Origin: Escherichia phage JEP8
Direction: 5' to 3' (one strand)
Sequence record: MT764208.1
DNA: 64,000 nucleotides
Each line of letters opens with the position of its first letter. Positions within the stretch are counted from its first letter, which is position 1. Of the stretch, positions 56,119-64,000 are shown piece after piece. The translations under genes and the position numbers were made by a program. The notes below the pieces were generated by a model. That model was not told the origin of the DNA, did no database searches, and was given only the letters and a program-made list of their open reading frames with translations.

Positions 56119-56931
56119 TCAATCTACGTTAGTTACATAAACTTCTTGCGTATCAGAAGACTTACCACCTGAACGATCTAGGCAATAGGTCTTATTCAAC
56201 AGGACGCAGTTTAAATCATTCCGCTTGATAAAGTCAAGGAGATGATCATTTACCTTTCCCTTATGATGTGTGACATTACTGATACCAAACTGAAAACCAC
56301 GCGCCATAATAGATTCTACCCACTGATAGAATTTAATCTCTTCCTCGTTACTCCAGAACTTATTGTATTCCGCAGAAGTGATAAGGTACGGCGGGTCCAA
56401 ATAAACGAAATCACCTGGCAAGATCTCGATCTCGTCATAGCGACCAGACGTAAAACTGATTCGACCGTCTTTGTTTTCTTCCTTAAAATTCAGGACACGC
56501 TCTACCGCGTTTTCGTTAAAAGTCCGGCGACCAAAATTAGCATTAAATTCTCCCTTTCGGTTATGGCGGTTAATGTTGCTAAAACTGTGCTGAATCAACA
56601 CAAACAGAGATAGCGGATCTGGATTCTCGTTATACTTCTTACGGAATATCATGTAAGCGTCTTTATCATCACGAGACAAATCATTTTCGGCAATAATACG
56701 CTTGATCGTAGAAACCGGATCAGGACACTCGTCAATCGCTTTGTACGCGTCAATTAAGCGGTGATCATAGTCATTAGCCAGCACATCACCTTCGACGTAC
56801 AGAGACACGCTCAAGCCGCCACAGAAGGCATCAACAAAGCGGTTATAGCGCTTAGGGAAATACTTACTAACACCGGGCAATAGCTTTTCCTTATTGCCAG
56901 TATAGGGAATTAAACCTAATGCTTTCTTCAT
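56119..56931 (-). CDS. dam: DNA adenine methyltransferase Dam
   Basis: YTGNK..LLP, NRFVD.FCGGLSVSL, VLAND, GDFVY.DPPYLIT.A.YNKFWS.EEE, GISNV..H.GK.N match recalled T4 Dam. Confidence 0.85.
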   Translation of the reverse strand: MKKALGLIPYTGNKEKLLPGVSKYFPKRYNRFVDAFCGGLSVSLYVEGDVLANDYDHRLIDAYKAIDECPDPVSTIKRIIAENDLSRDDKDAYMIFRKKYNENPDPLSLFVLIQHSFSNINRHNRKGEFNANFGRRTFNENAVERVLNFKEENKDGRISFTSGRYDEIEILPGDFVYLDPPYLITSAEYNKFWSNEEEIKFYQWVESIMARGFQFGISNVTHHKGKVNDHLLDFIKRNDLNCVLLNKTYCLDRSGGKSSDTQEVYVTNVD

Positions 56932-57362
56932 TATCCCTTCCTCAAATAAGTTCGCTCAATCTCTACCAGTTCGAAAAAATCTTGCCAGTCGCAAGGAAAA
57001 TTGCAGTTTCCGAAATGATCCTCTTTGTAAAGTTCTTTACCGGATGGCAGCTTAATATCTGTTACGCTGTAGTATCCGCAACAATCGCAATCACCATCTG
57101 TATATTCTGTTTTGGTAGGAATATCCATCATTGCCAGATACAAAGGTACATCGTCTTGCTCAAAGTTCATGTAACCTTCATGGTCGAATGAAACAAAGTT
57201 ATCATCGCCACCGAAAGGGATATAATGGTCATAATCGGTTACAGGTTGACCGTGCAATTCCCATTCTACAATTTTAACATTACCGCTAAACTTGATGCCC
57301 ATAATTTCAACAAGAAAATGAGTATCGTCAATGTAAATCTTACTAGGAGTTGGATAACCCAT
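56931..57362 (-). CDS. hypothetical protein (143 aa)
   Basis: GAGGA Shine-Dalgarno; stop overlaps dam ATG. Confidence 0.5.
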   Translation of the reverse strand: MGYPTPSKIYIDDTHFLVEIMGIKFSGNVKIVEWELHGQPVTDYDHYIPFGGDDNFVSFDHEGYMNFEQDDVPLYLAMMDIPTKTEYTDGDCDCCGYYSVTDIKLPSGKELYKEDHFGNCNFPCDWQDFFELVEIERTYLRKG

Positions 57363-57372
57363 TATATAATCC

Positions 57373-57666
57373 TCATATCTCAGAGAATAGAATCTCTGTT
57401 AGCTTCACTGACTGCTCTCTGAATGTTAGCGTATACTCGAAAGGAAAGTCAACACCCAACTTCAAAAGAGAATAGCCTACCGCCTCTTTATGCTTATCGG
57501 TTAGGGCGATCCTAACCAATTCCCGTTGAATCTCTTTAGGCGGTGAATGGATAGTAACACGGGTATCATGTAATGTCCAGTCACCATTTCGAATTAAGAT
57601 TAACGGTTTATCATCATTGAAGATCACCGACCCCTTTCCGGTCGGTGAATGTTTTATATTAATCAT
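57373..57666 (-). CDS. hypothetical protein (97 aa)
   Basis: ORF track, trimmed from TTG to the adjacent ATG. Confidence 0.45.
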   Translation of the reverse strand: MINIKHSPTGKGSVIFNDDKPLILIRNGDWTLHDTRVTIHSPPKEIQRELVRIALTDKHKEAVGYSLLKLGVDFPFEYTLTFREQSVKLTEILFSEI

Positions 57667-57880
57667 CAAATTCTAAGAAATATTCTGGAACGATATAACC
57701 GTTAAAGTCATTGCACTTATAAAAATGTGGTGCATTCAATGCTGGATGAGCATTAGTAAAGAGTTTACCCTCTAGAAACAGAATGTAATTAATCGGTCTA
57801 ATACCGACAGAATCAGGATCTAAACCTTTTTCTTTCAGTTCAGCCAGCGTTAAAACTCGTCCAGATCGTAACTTAGCCAT
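57659..57880 (-). CDS. hypothetical protein (73 aa)
   Basis: GGGGGT Shine-Dalgarno. Confidence 0.45.
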   Translation of the reverse strand: MAKLRSGRVLTLAELKEKGLDPDSVGIRPINYILFLEGKLFTNAHPALNAPHFYKCNDFNGYIVPEYFLEFDD

Positions 57881-58166
57881 GATTTACCCCCAATTCATCA
57901 AGATTATGTCGCAGCATTTCAGAGTATTTTTCTACTTCCTTGATCTTAGTGTGGATCTCCACGATCTCATCTTCACTATCAGATAGTTTAATGGCAATCG
58001 CGAGCGTGCTTTTACCAGCTTTCATAGTCTCTTTCCGTTCAACCAATAGATCCGCGTGTTTCAATAGCAATTCTTCACGTCGAACATAAGCGACGGTCAA
58101 AGCCTCATCAGCGATTTCTAAAGCATTTTCAGCGACACCAACAACCATTTTACGAGTAGACAGCAT
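57873..58166 (-). CDS. hypothetical protein (97 aa)
   Basis: ORF track. Confidence 0.45.
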   Translation of the reverse strand: MLSTRKMVVGVAENALEIADEALTVAYVRREELLLKHADLLVERKETMKAGKSTLAIAIKLSDSEDEIVEIHTKIKEVEKYSEMLRHNLDELGVNHG

Positions 58167-58180
58167 AAATTCACCTCACA

Positions 58181-58489
58181 TTATTTCACGTTAACGCCGT
58201 CATCAATCCAGCCGACGCTATTTTGTTTAACAGTTTTACCATAGGATGCATACTTAATCAAGCATGGTTTAACATCATTATCAAATCTTCCTAAACGTAC
58301 TCCCAAATCAGGAATATCCATGTATGCGGCTTTATATCCCCATGTGCCGTATTCAGAATCAATCTCAACCGGACGGCCTTTAAAAGCATACACTACACCG
58401 TGACGGTCAACGATAACATAGCGATAGCCAGCCGGAAGATACACAGTTTCGCCGTAAACTTTAACTGGAGTAGCAGAAGAGATAAACAT
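58181..58489 (-). CDS. hypothetical protein (102 aa)
   Basis: Trimmed to ATG after GAGGA. Confidence 0.45.
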   Translation of the reverse strand: MFISSATPVKVYGETVYLPAGYRYVIVDRHGVVYAFKGRPVEIDSEYGTWGYKAAYMDIPDLGVRLGRFDNDVKPCLIKYASYGKTVKQNSVGWIDDGVNVK

Positions 58490-58559
58490 AATATAATCCT
58501 CACATCGTTCATTTGATGCGGTCATTATATGATAACCGCATTTTCATGTCAACAGTTTT

Positions 58560-58868
58560 TTAAAAATCTTCTTCCGGTTTATATCGACCGTCATCGACTG
58601 GTTTTGGACTGAATCCTTTATGCGTGCGCGGCTTCGCTTCCGGTTTACCAGCAATCATCAAACCAAAACATTTCAGCCCCTTATAACACATAACAATATC
58701 AACCACGGTCCACGTTATAGGCCATACGATTGCAGCAATACAAAATGCTCCTGTATCGACCTCTTTGGTGTCCTTGTCGAATCTGGCGTACAAGCAGAAT
58801 ACTAGATACGAGATCATTGCACCAGTAGTCCAGATATAAAGCACATTAACAATATCTTGTGTTGTCAC
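58560..58868 (-). CDS. hypothetical membrane protein (about 102 aa, GTG start)
   Basis: GGAGGA then GTG just after the upstream stop; two hydrophobic segments. Confidence 0.4.
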   Translation of the reverse strand: MTTQDIVNVLYIWTTGAMISYLVFCLYARFDKDTKEVDTGAFCIAAIVWPITWTVVDIVMCYKGLKCFGLMIAGKPEAKPRTHKGFSPKPVDDGRYKPEEDF

Positions 58869-58878
58869 ATTATCCTCC

Positions 58879-59157
58879 TTACATGTCTTGCAGTGCATAA
58901 AAGCATTTTTCTTCATAGTCATAGAAAATGTCAAAGTATGCTTTTTCCACATACTCGCCATTAATCCAAGCGGCAGTAACAATCAGAGTGGTCCAGTTAG
59001 ATCCGCTCTCAACGGTAAAGGTTTTAATACCCAGCTTCGCTGCCAAGTCGAACGCAAACCGGACGCAACCACGGCAGGAAGTGATATTGGAAGTTTTGAT
59101 TTTAAAGCCACCGCGAGTTTTAGAAATTTCTACTTTAGCGAAAGACAGGTTGCTCAT
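58879..59157 (-). CDS. hypothetical protein (92 aa)
   Basis: Trimmed to ATG after AAGGAGA. Confidence 0.45.
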   Translation of the reverse strand: MSNLSFAKVEISKTRGGFKIKTSNITSCRGCVRFAFDLAAKLGIKTFTVESGSNWTTLIVTAAWINGEYVEKAYFDIFYDYEEKCFYALQDM

Positions 59158-59194
59158 TTTGATTCTCCTTAAGAAAGTGTGTTTCGTTTTGATG

Positions 59195-59226
59195 TGTGTA
59201 GTATAGGGGATCACCGATCCCCTGTC
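59195..59226 (-). promoter_or_regulatory. sigma70-like early promoter cassette (-35 GTTGACA, spacer GGGGATCGGTGATCCCC, -10 TATACT); coordinates approximate
   Basis: Near-identical to the cassettes at 9023-9052 and about 49.5 kb. Confidence 0.45.
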
Positions 59227-59236
59227 AACAACTTTT

Positions 59237-59500
59237 TTATGATTTTAGTGAATTAACCACCACATCAAAATGATGTACAGAGTACACCTTATTAAACACA
59301 TATTCATCGTGTTTAGGAATCGCCCCTAATCGCTCTATTTCGCTCGCTAACACGATAAAACGTTTATCCGGTGCATTTACCTTATATGCTTCAACAACGC
59401 ACGGAAAACGCGTTTTAGCGAGTTCGGGATAGTTTTCTGACTCCATCAGGACAATGAATACCCTATTACATTGATTGTAGAATCCGGTTTTTGATTTCAT
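59237..59500 (-). CDS. hypothetical protein (start uncertain)
   Basis: ORF track trimmed to an internal ATG. Confidence 0.4.
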   Translation of the reverse strand: MKSKTGFYNQCNRVFIVLMESENYPELAKTRFPCVVEAYKVNAPDKRFIVLASEIERLGAIPKHDEYVFNKVYSVHHFDVVVNSLKS

Positions 59501-59804
59501 CAAGTTTTCTTCTCTGTGAAATTCGTGCAATCTTCCTTTCATGATTTCGTTGGTTCTTGTCTTCACAGTTTACCCACTCAACAAGGTCTTTACCTAACTC
59601 GAAAGCCCATTCTCGGTCCTGCTTTACGTTTTGTAGGTATGGACTTTCCGACACTCGAAGAAGTGATCTTGTCGTAACAAGAATGATCTCAGGAATGTTC
59701 GGATGTTCCTTTCCATATACAATAGGACGCGAGTCACTATCAATACCCTGTAAGAAGGTGTATCCTGAATCACTTAGAATCATATACTTTTTCATTTCAC
59801 ACAT
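59466..59804 (-). CDS. hypothetical protein (112 aa)
   Basis: ATG after GAGGAAA. Confidence 0.45.
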   Translation of the reverse strand: MCEMKKYMILSDSGYTFLQGIDSDSRPIVYGKEHPNIPEIILVTTRSLLRVSESPYLQNVKQDREWAFELGKDLVEWVNCEDKNQRNHERKIARISQRRKLDEIKNRILQSM

Positions 59805-60061
59805 CACAGTTTCCTCAACCAGTTATTAAAGCGAGCAAACCATGACGCTTTTCGTGCTTCTTTTACTTTATGTGCACGCAAACCACTGAAACACCATTCA
59901 TAATCATCACTGAAATATGATTCAACAGGAACACCCGCATTTCGTAGTTCTCTGGTCTTTATCATGAATCCTTGACATAAGGGGCGACCTTCAACAATGA
60001 TAGGAAGTTTAACTTTTTCCATGAAAGTATACCCAGCACGGTCAATAATTTCAATTTTCAT
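59804..60061 (-). CDS. hypothetical protein (85 aa)
   Basis: GGAGA Shine-Dalgarno. Confidence 0.45.
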   Translation of the reverse strand: MKIEIIDRAGYTFMEKVKLPIIVEGRPLCQGFMIKTRELRNAGVPVESYFSDDYEWCFSGLRAHKVKEARKASWFARFNNWLRKL

Positions 60062-60305
60062 TTACATTATCTCCATAGATCTTTCCATCAATATCAATTT
60101 CACCAGCACGAACATCTAGGATAAGATGCGGTAGGTGAATGCAGTTTTCCCACCCTACTCGCTTCATTTCTGAAACAGTGACGTAAGCCCACCCGTTCGC
60201 TGTAATAAAGTCTACTTCAACCTTGAGAGGAAAGCAAGACTTTTCTATGTCTTCAAATCCGATAATGTGTTTTGTCGTTGAATATGGAATATATCCGGTG
60301 ATCAT
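60051..60305 (-). CDS. hypothetical protein (84 aa)
   Basis: AAGGAGA Shine-Dalgarno; ATGA overlap with upstream stop. Confidence 0.45.
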   Translation of the reverse strand: MITGYIPYSTTKHIIGFEDIEKSCFPLKVEVDFITANGWAYVTVSEMKRVGWENCIHLPHLILDVRAGEIDIDGKIYGDNVNEN

Positions 60306-60736
60306 TTTGTGATCTCCTTATACTCAACACACCATAAGCGGGTAGCCCATGATAAACGCTCATAACGCTGGCAGAAATCGGACCATAGATATTGTGTACC
60401 GTCTTGCATGGTTGAAATATGCGTTTTCTCACCTACTTTCACGAAAGAAGTATTCGATTTTGTGATCTCGACCGGAGTATATCCGAAAGCGGGTTCCAAG
60501 CCAACATCTGAACTAAATGCCAATTTAACAGAATTTGTTTTTCTGACCGCTGTCCGGTTTCCTTCTGGGTACAGCACAGCAGGTTTAGCGCCTAAGCGGA
60601 TAAACTCAGTGTTTTTAATAAACAGAATATCATGATAACCGTCATATTCCGACACTTCCATAGTAACAGGAAAATCGACATGTTCTAAACCTGGTAGATC
60701 TCGCATATCATGAAAGGTCGCCATCAACTTTTTCAT
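60302..60736 (-). CDS. hypothetical protein (144 aa)
   Basis: Trimmed to ATG after GAGGAA. Confidence 0.45.
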   Translation of the reverse strand: MKKLMATFHDMRDLPGLEHVDFPVTMEVSEYDGYHDILFIKNTEFIRLGAKPAVLYPEGNRTAVRKTNSVKLAFSSDVGLEPAFGYTPVEITKSNTSFVKVGEKTHISTMQDGTQYLWSDFCQRYERLSWATRLWCVEYKEITK

Positions 60737-60746
60737 TCTATATTCC

Positions 60747-60944
60747 TCACTCTTCTGTTTCATTTCTTTTATATGGTACTATAACAGGATTAATACAGCA
60801 AGCACCAATTACGTTATGAGCACCACAATTTAAGCATTTATAATCATGGAACTTATTAAGGAATCGACCAAACTCATAACCGACTAGCGCCGCATGTACT
60901 TGAGTCTCGATCTCATCCATATCAGCCAATGTTTTAACCTTCAT
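60747..60944 (-). CDS. hypothetical Cys-rich protein (65 aa)
   Basis: Trimmed to ATG after GAGGA; CLNCGAHNVIGACC. Confidence 0.45.
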   Translation of the reverse strand: MKVKTLADMDEIETQVHAALVGYEFGRFLNKFHDYKCLNCGAHNVIGACCINPVIVPYKRNETEE

Positions 60945-60954
60945 AATATAATCC

Positions 60955-61245
60955 TCAAATTGTAGTTTTGCGAAGATGGTCATTACATGCTTTTAATGCA
61001 TCGGTCGCGGTGTCATAGCGAGTATTATCATAGCACCAATAACCATCTGTCAACTGATAAATTAATCCATCCTTTTTAGCTTCGATGAAAGACAATTCTT
61101 TGAAAGTTTCTACTTTCTTTGCTGATACTCCACGGTCACGTCGCTTATACAGTTTAGCTAAAATGCGTTCAGCTTGTTCCTCTTTATCTCCAGACAGATC
61201 CCAGATGATGTTTCGGATATGCTTGATTAATTGTTCAGTGGTCAT
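60955..61245 (-). CDS. hypothetical protein (96 aa)
   Basis: AAGGAGA Shine-Dalgarno. Confidence 0.5.
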   Translation of the reverse strand: MTTEQLIKHIRNIIWDLSGDKEEQAERILAKLYKRRDRGVSAKKVETFKELSFIEAKKDGLIYQLTDGYWCYDNTRYDTATDALKACNDHLRKTTI

Positions 61246-61274
61246 CTTTGATTCTCCTTAGTTGGTATGCGTGC

Positions 61275-61302
61275 ATTATAGCATTGTGATTATCTTTGTC
61301 AA
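61275..61302 (-). promoter_or_regulatory. sigma70-like early promoter (-35 TTGACA, -10 TATAAT)
   Basis: 16 nt spacer. Confidence 0.45.
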
Positions 61303-61307
61303 CACCC

Positions 61308-61339
61308 AAAAACAAAAAAGGCTACCCCGAAGGATAGCC
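61308..61339 (-). terminator. rho-independent terminator after the gp38-like gene
   Basis: GGCTACCCC..GGATAGCC hairpin followed by T-run on the - strand. Confidence 0.45.
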
Positions 61340-61346
61340 CATAAAA

Positions 61347-62126
61347 TTACACGCGAGCACCGTAGATCGTGCCTACTTTATCCCAGCGAGGGGCATTGCC
61401 AGTAACAGCCTTACCAGCCGCTCCGCCATTATATTCCGATCCCCGTCCACGGATATTACATTTACCACCAGCGCCACCAGCATCACCACCGTTACCGCCA
61501 TTATATACACCGTTGACAGACCCTTTACCTGGCGCGGAAATAGTACCAGCAGTAGCACCCTGTTCCATTTTAGCAGACCCACCAGCAGCGCCAAATGGAC
61601 GACCGCCGCCACCTCCAAAAGTCAATTTCATTTGTGGAAAAGGAGACCAGTATCCTCCGCCACCACCACCACCGCCACCGCAAATAGCGCCGTTATTTGT
61701 GATGCGTAAGCGTGTGCCTATACCGTTGTTAATTGCATTACCACCAGCACCACCAGCGGAGTTATTGCCACCATTACCACCACGCCCCCAAACATGAACA
61801 CCTGCATTAATGATCAATGTTACATATTCGTTTGTTAACGAGCTAGGGAAGTCAAGACAAGGAACGCCAGTAGATTGGGAAACAATATTACCCGTGATAG
61901 TAATTACTACCGGAGTAGATCCTTGTGCTTTCATCCAGTTAATAAGAGTGTCTTTATTGTAAGAGTTACTAGCACCAATGCTATAATGAATCTCTTTAGA
62001 GCGTCCGACCATTGCCGACATATACGCCGGACGACCTAAGCGTACAGCTTGCATTGCGGCGCTCATCCACCGTTGACCAGTCTCGGACACCGCAGATGAT
62101 CCTACCCATCCAGAAGATATTGCCAT
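61347..62126 (-). CDS. 38: gp38-like tail-fibre adhesin (T2-type receptor-recognition protein with glycine-rich motifs), ectopic
   Basis: N-terminus GWVGSSAVSETGQRWMS resembles recalled T2 gp38 GWIGSSAVNETGQRWMS; GRGGNGG, GGGGGGGGGY, GGGGGRPFG glycine-rich motifs; about 259 aa. Confidence 0.7.
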   Translation of the reverse strand: MAISSGWVGSSAVSETGQRWMSAAMQAVRLGRPAYMSAMVGRSKEIHYSIGASNSYNKDTLINWMKAQGSTPVVITITGNIVSQSTGVPCLDFPSSLTNEYVTLIINAGVHVWGRGGNGGNNSAGGAGGNAINNGIGTRLRITNNGAICGGGGGGGGGYWSPFPQMKLTFGGGGGRPFGAAGGSAKMEQGATAGTISAPGKGSVNGVYNGGNGGDAGGAGGKCNIRGRGSEYNGGAAGKAVTGNAPRWDKVGTIYGARV

Positions 62127-62142
62127 AAAATTTCCTCACAAG

Positions 62143-62162
62143 AAAAGCCCCAATTAAGGGGC
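62143..62162 (-). terminator. hairpin GCCCC-AATTAA-GGGGC plus T-run upstream of the gp38-like gene
   Basis: 5 bp GC stem. Confidence 0.4.
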
Positions 62163-62180
62163 ATTGATTGATAATATTAC

Positions 62181-62402
62181 TTAGATGACCTCTGCTTCAC
62201 CATCCAGGAAGAAAGACCATGTTTTGTTAGGATAGCGAAGCGCCCATGATTCAGCAGTTTTAACACCAGCTTCGAACAATTGACGGCTGGTTACTTTAGC
62301 CATACCATCTTCGATGGCAACGTTTTCAATAATCATCGGGTACTTAGCGCCACGCATGAAACCGAAACCAGCGGAAGATTTGATAATTTTAACAGTTGCC
62401 AT
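62181..62402 (-). CDS. hypothetical protein (73 aa)
   Basis: AGGAGA Shine-Dalgarno. Confidence 0.5.
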   Translation of the reverse strand: MATVKIIKSSAGFGFMRGAKYPMIIENVAIEDGMAKVTSRQLFEAGVKTAESWALRYPNKTWSFFLDGEAEVI

Positions 62403-62490
62403 TTTTGATTCTCCTAGAAAGTGTATCTCGTTTCGATGTGTGTATTATGCAATAACACCGGAACGCTGTCAACACTTTCTAAGAAAAATT

Positions 62491-62775
62491 TTAAACTAAT
62501 CGAATGTAGCCCAAAATTTCAGCACTTTTAGCCAGATCTAAAATTTCCCATTCAAGATCGCCGTAGTCATAATTTGCAACCATCAACTGACCATTTTTCA
62601 TGCAGCAATCATGAGAGAAAATTTGCCCCGCATAAACTACGATAGTGATAAACTTTCCTGATTCTGGCGGTGTGGAAGACAAAGCGACCATATGACCATT
62701 CAGCTTAGTCACCAGTGATGGAACAATAAAATTCGGGCTTACCTTAATACCGTTAAATTCGTTTGTGTCTTTCAT
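62491..62775 (-). CDS. hypothetical protein (94 aa)
   Basis: GAGGT Shine-Dalgarno; ATGA overlap. Confidence 0.5.
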   Translation of the reverse strand: MKDTNEFNGIKVSPNFIVPSLVTKLNGHMVALSSTPPESGKFITIVVYAGQIFSHDCCMKNGQLMVANYDYGDLEWEILDLAKSAEILGYIRLV

Positions 62776-63122
62776 GCCAGACCTCGCAAAACACTAATAG
62801 CATAATCATGCTGGTTATTCATAATATCAATTGCATTGTGATAACGAGCTAAACCATCAAGGATAAATTCTTGTTTATCCTGTTTCAGTTTGGTATCACG
62901 CGCAGCCATAAGAGCATCGAGAACAGGTCCAAAGTGATTATCTAATTCATCTTCGGTTGCAATGTTTCCTATTGCCTCGTCGATCCGTGATTCTAATGCT
63001 TGCTTTTCGTTGATCACTTGCTGGGTATATTCCAACACATCAAGAATATCGCGGGTAACGTCGCCGTGATAAGGTATTCCCGCATGAAGATGATCAATTA
63101 ATCGCTGAATATCGATGTTCAT
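62772..63122 (-). CDS. hypothetical protein (116 aa)
   Basis: AGAGGAGGG Shine-Dalgarno. Confidence 0.5.
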   Translation of the reverse strand: MNIDIQRLIDHLHAGIPYHGDVTRDILDVLEYTQQVINEKQALESRIDEAIGNIATEDELDNHFGPVLDALMAARDTKLKQDKQEFILDGLARYHNAIDIMNNQHDYAISVLRGLA

Positions 63123-63457
63123 TTGTAACCCTCCTCTGAAAGCACATCCCAGATCGTTGAGTCAAGGTGCATTAAATTCCACATAATAGAGTCATAACTA
63201 CCGAAGCCAGAAGTAAAAATTACATCACACTGGCGATAGGTCTTATGAAAATCGGTGGCTGTCTCTGCATCAATCGGCATATCGTCACCAGAAAGCACCA
63301 GACATTTAAGAATCATAACTCTGTTAGCCGTTGGCGCTTGCTTAGTCTTTTCAGCATATTTTTCGATGATCCGTTTTGCCTTTTCTTCTTTGATACGTCC
63401 AGACCAAATCCGGTTTCGGTATTGATTCATAATAATTTCAATCACATCATTTTGCAT
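63119..63457 (-). CDS. hypothetical protein (112 aa)
   Basis: GGAGA Shine-Dalgarno. Confidence 0.5.
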   Translation of the reverse strand: MQNDVIEIIMNQYRNRIWSGRIKEEKAKRIIEKYAEKTKQAPTANRVMILKCLVLSGDDMPIDAETATDFHKTYRQCDVIFTSGFGSYDSIMWNLMHLDSTIWDVLSEEGYK

Positions 63458-63656
63458 TCTTCACGGTCTCCATAATTGTTTTGTAAGCCAGTTTAAGATG
63501 ATCACCGAAAAACTTTGCAGTGTTACCCTTCGGATCGCGGAGCATGGTTTCTACGATCTCATCGGCAGTAACAATTTCTCCTTTCTTTGCTGCATGTTCT
63601 ACCATATACTTCAAAGTTTCTTCGGAAGCAAGTGCTGCGGCTACTGGATTAATCAT
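63447..63656 (-). CDS. hypothetical protein (69 aa)
   Basis: AAGGAGA Shine-Dalgarno. Confidence 0.5.
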   Translation of the reverse strand: MINPVAAALASEETLKYMVEHAAKKGEIVTADEIVETMLRDPKGNTAKFFGDHLKLAYKTIMETVKNAK

Positions 63657-63685
63657 TTTGATTCTCCTTTGTTGTCGATGTATGC

Positions 63686-63714
63686 ATTATGCTATACCCT
63701 ATTCCGGTTGTCAA
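63686..63714 (-). promoter_or_regulatory. sigma70-like early promoter (-35 TTGACA, -10 CATAAT)
   Basis: 17 nt spacer. Confidence 0.45.
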
Positions 63715-63720
63715 CACCTA

Positions 63721-63751
63721 AAAACGAAAAAGCCACCCTTTCGGATGGCTT
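63721..63751 (-). terminator. rho-independent terminator
   Basis: AGCCACCC-TTTC-GGATGGCT hairpin followed by T-run on the - strand. Confidence 0.45.
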
Positions 63752-64000
63752 TTGATTATATTTTATTCTAATCCATTTGTATAGTAGTGTTTGAATCGAC
63801 CTTTGCTAAACTCGTTAAACATAGTAACCAATTTACCACCACTTTCCAATGATAGCACTTCCTCGTCTTAGACGGGTCTTCCGATTCGGCAGTAATTGAA
63901 CACGCGAAAGTATGAGGAAGCCAAATAGTTGTGTTAATGCTAGTATTCTTTTACTTCTGGTATGCATCCCACAGTGACTAACATTAAGCCAGTCGAGTGA

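Noticed and set aside
5746-63656. The longest-ORF starts given in the track for many - strand genes (for example 11858, 13897, 17311, 24844, 35232, 37216, 40687, 55819)
   Set aside because: These start at upstream GTG/TTG or at ATG codons inside or abutting the Shine-Dalgarno; the first ATG/GTG at proper spacing from the site, which also matches T4 homolog N-termini and lengths, was used instead.
63772-64000. tRNA gene at the window end
   Set aside because: No GGTTCGA-type T-loop or cloverleaf could be assembled by eye.

Overview
This window reads as a contiguous segment of a T4-like (Tevenvirinae-type) myophage genome. It opens on the + strand with the end of a late tail-fibre operon (partial upstream fibre gene, gp36-like, gp37 with a C-terminal S74 intramolecular-chaperone domain, a small ORF, holin t). 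From about 5.7 kb to the end, everything is densely packed on the - strand in the T4 early/replication gene order: gp52, rIIB, rIIA, gp39 (fused large topoisomerase subunit), dexA, dda, gp56, gp61, gp41, uvsX, gene 43, regA, gp62, gp44, gp45, gp46, gp47, gp55, nrdH-like, nrdG, nrdD, gene 49, nrdC-like, dam, interspersed with many small ORFs of unknown function. Identifications rest on my recall of T4 protein sequences and motifs, not on a database search. Many ORF-track starts were trimmed to the first ATG/GTG preceded by a Shine-Dalgarno sequence, because the track extends to upstream TTG/GTG codons. The main non-routine observations are: (1) gene 43 (DNA polymerase) is interrupted inside the motif A codons by a 1.1 kb group I intron carrying an HNH homing-endonuclease ORF; (2) a T2-type gp38-like glycine-rich adhesin is encoded ectopically near the far end of the window while gp37 carries its own chaperone domain; (3) a translationally coupled pair of a 489 aa SF2-like P-loop NTPase and a 95 aa partner of unknown function sits between gene 55 and nrdH; (4) a multi-copy domain family occupies about 5 kb around the nrd genes; (5) recurring sigma70-like promoter cassettes carry GC-rich palindromes, some with paired GATC sites, alongside a phage dam gene; (6) a secreted LprI/DUF1311-like protein lies near the holin; (7) two further free-standing nuclease genes are present. 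motA, asiA, gene 42 and the glucosyltransferase genes are not found at their T4-syntenic positions. Line-derived coordinates near 58-59.3 kb may be off by 1-3 nt; features there are anchored to the ORF track.
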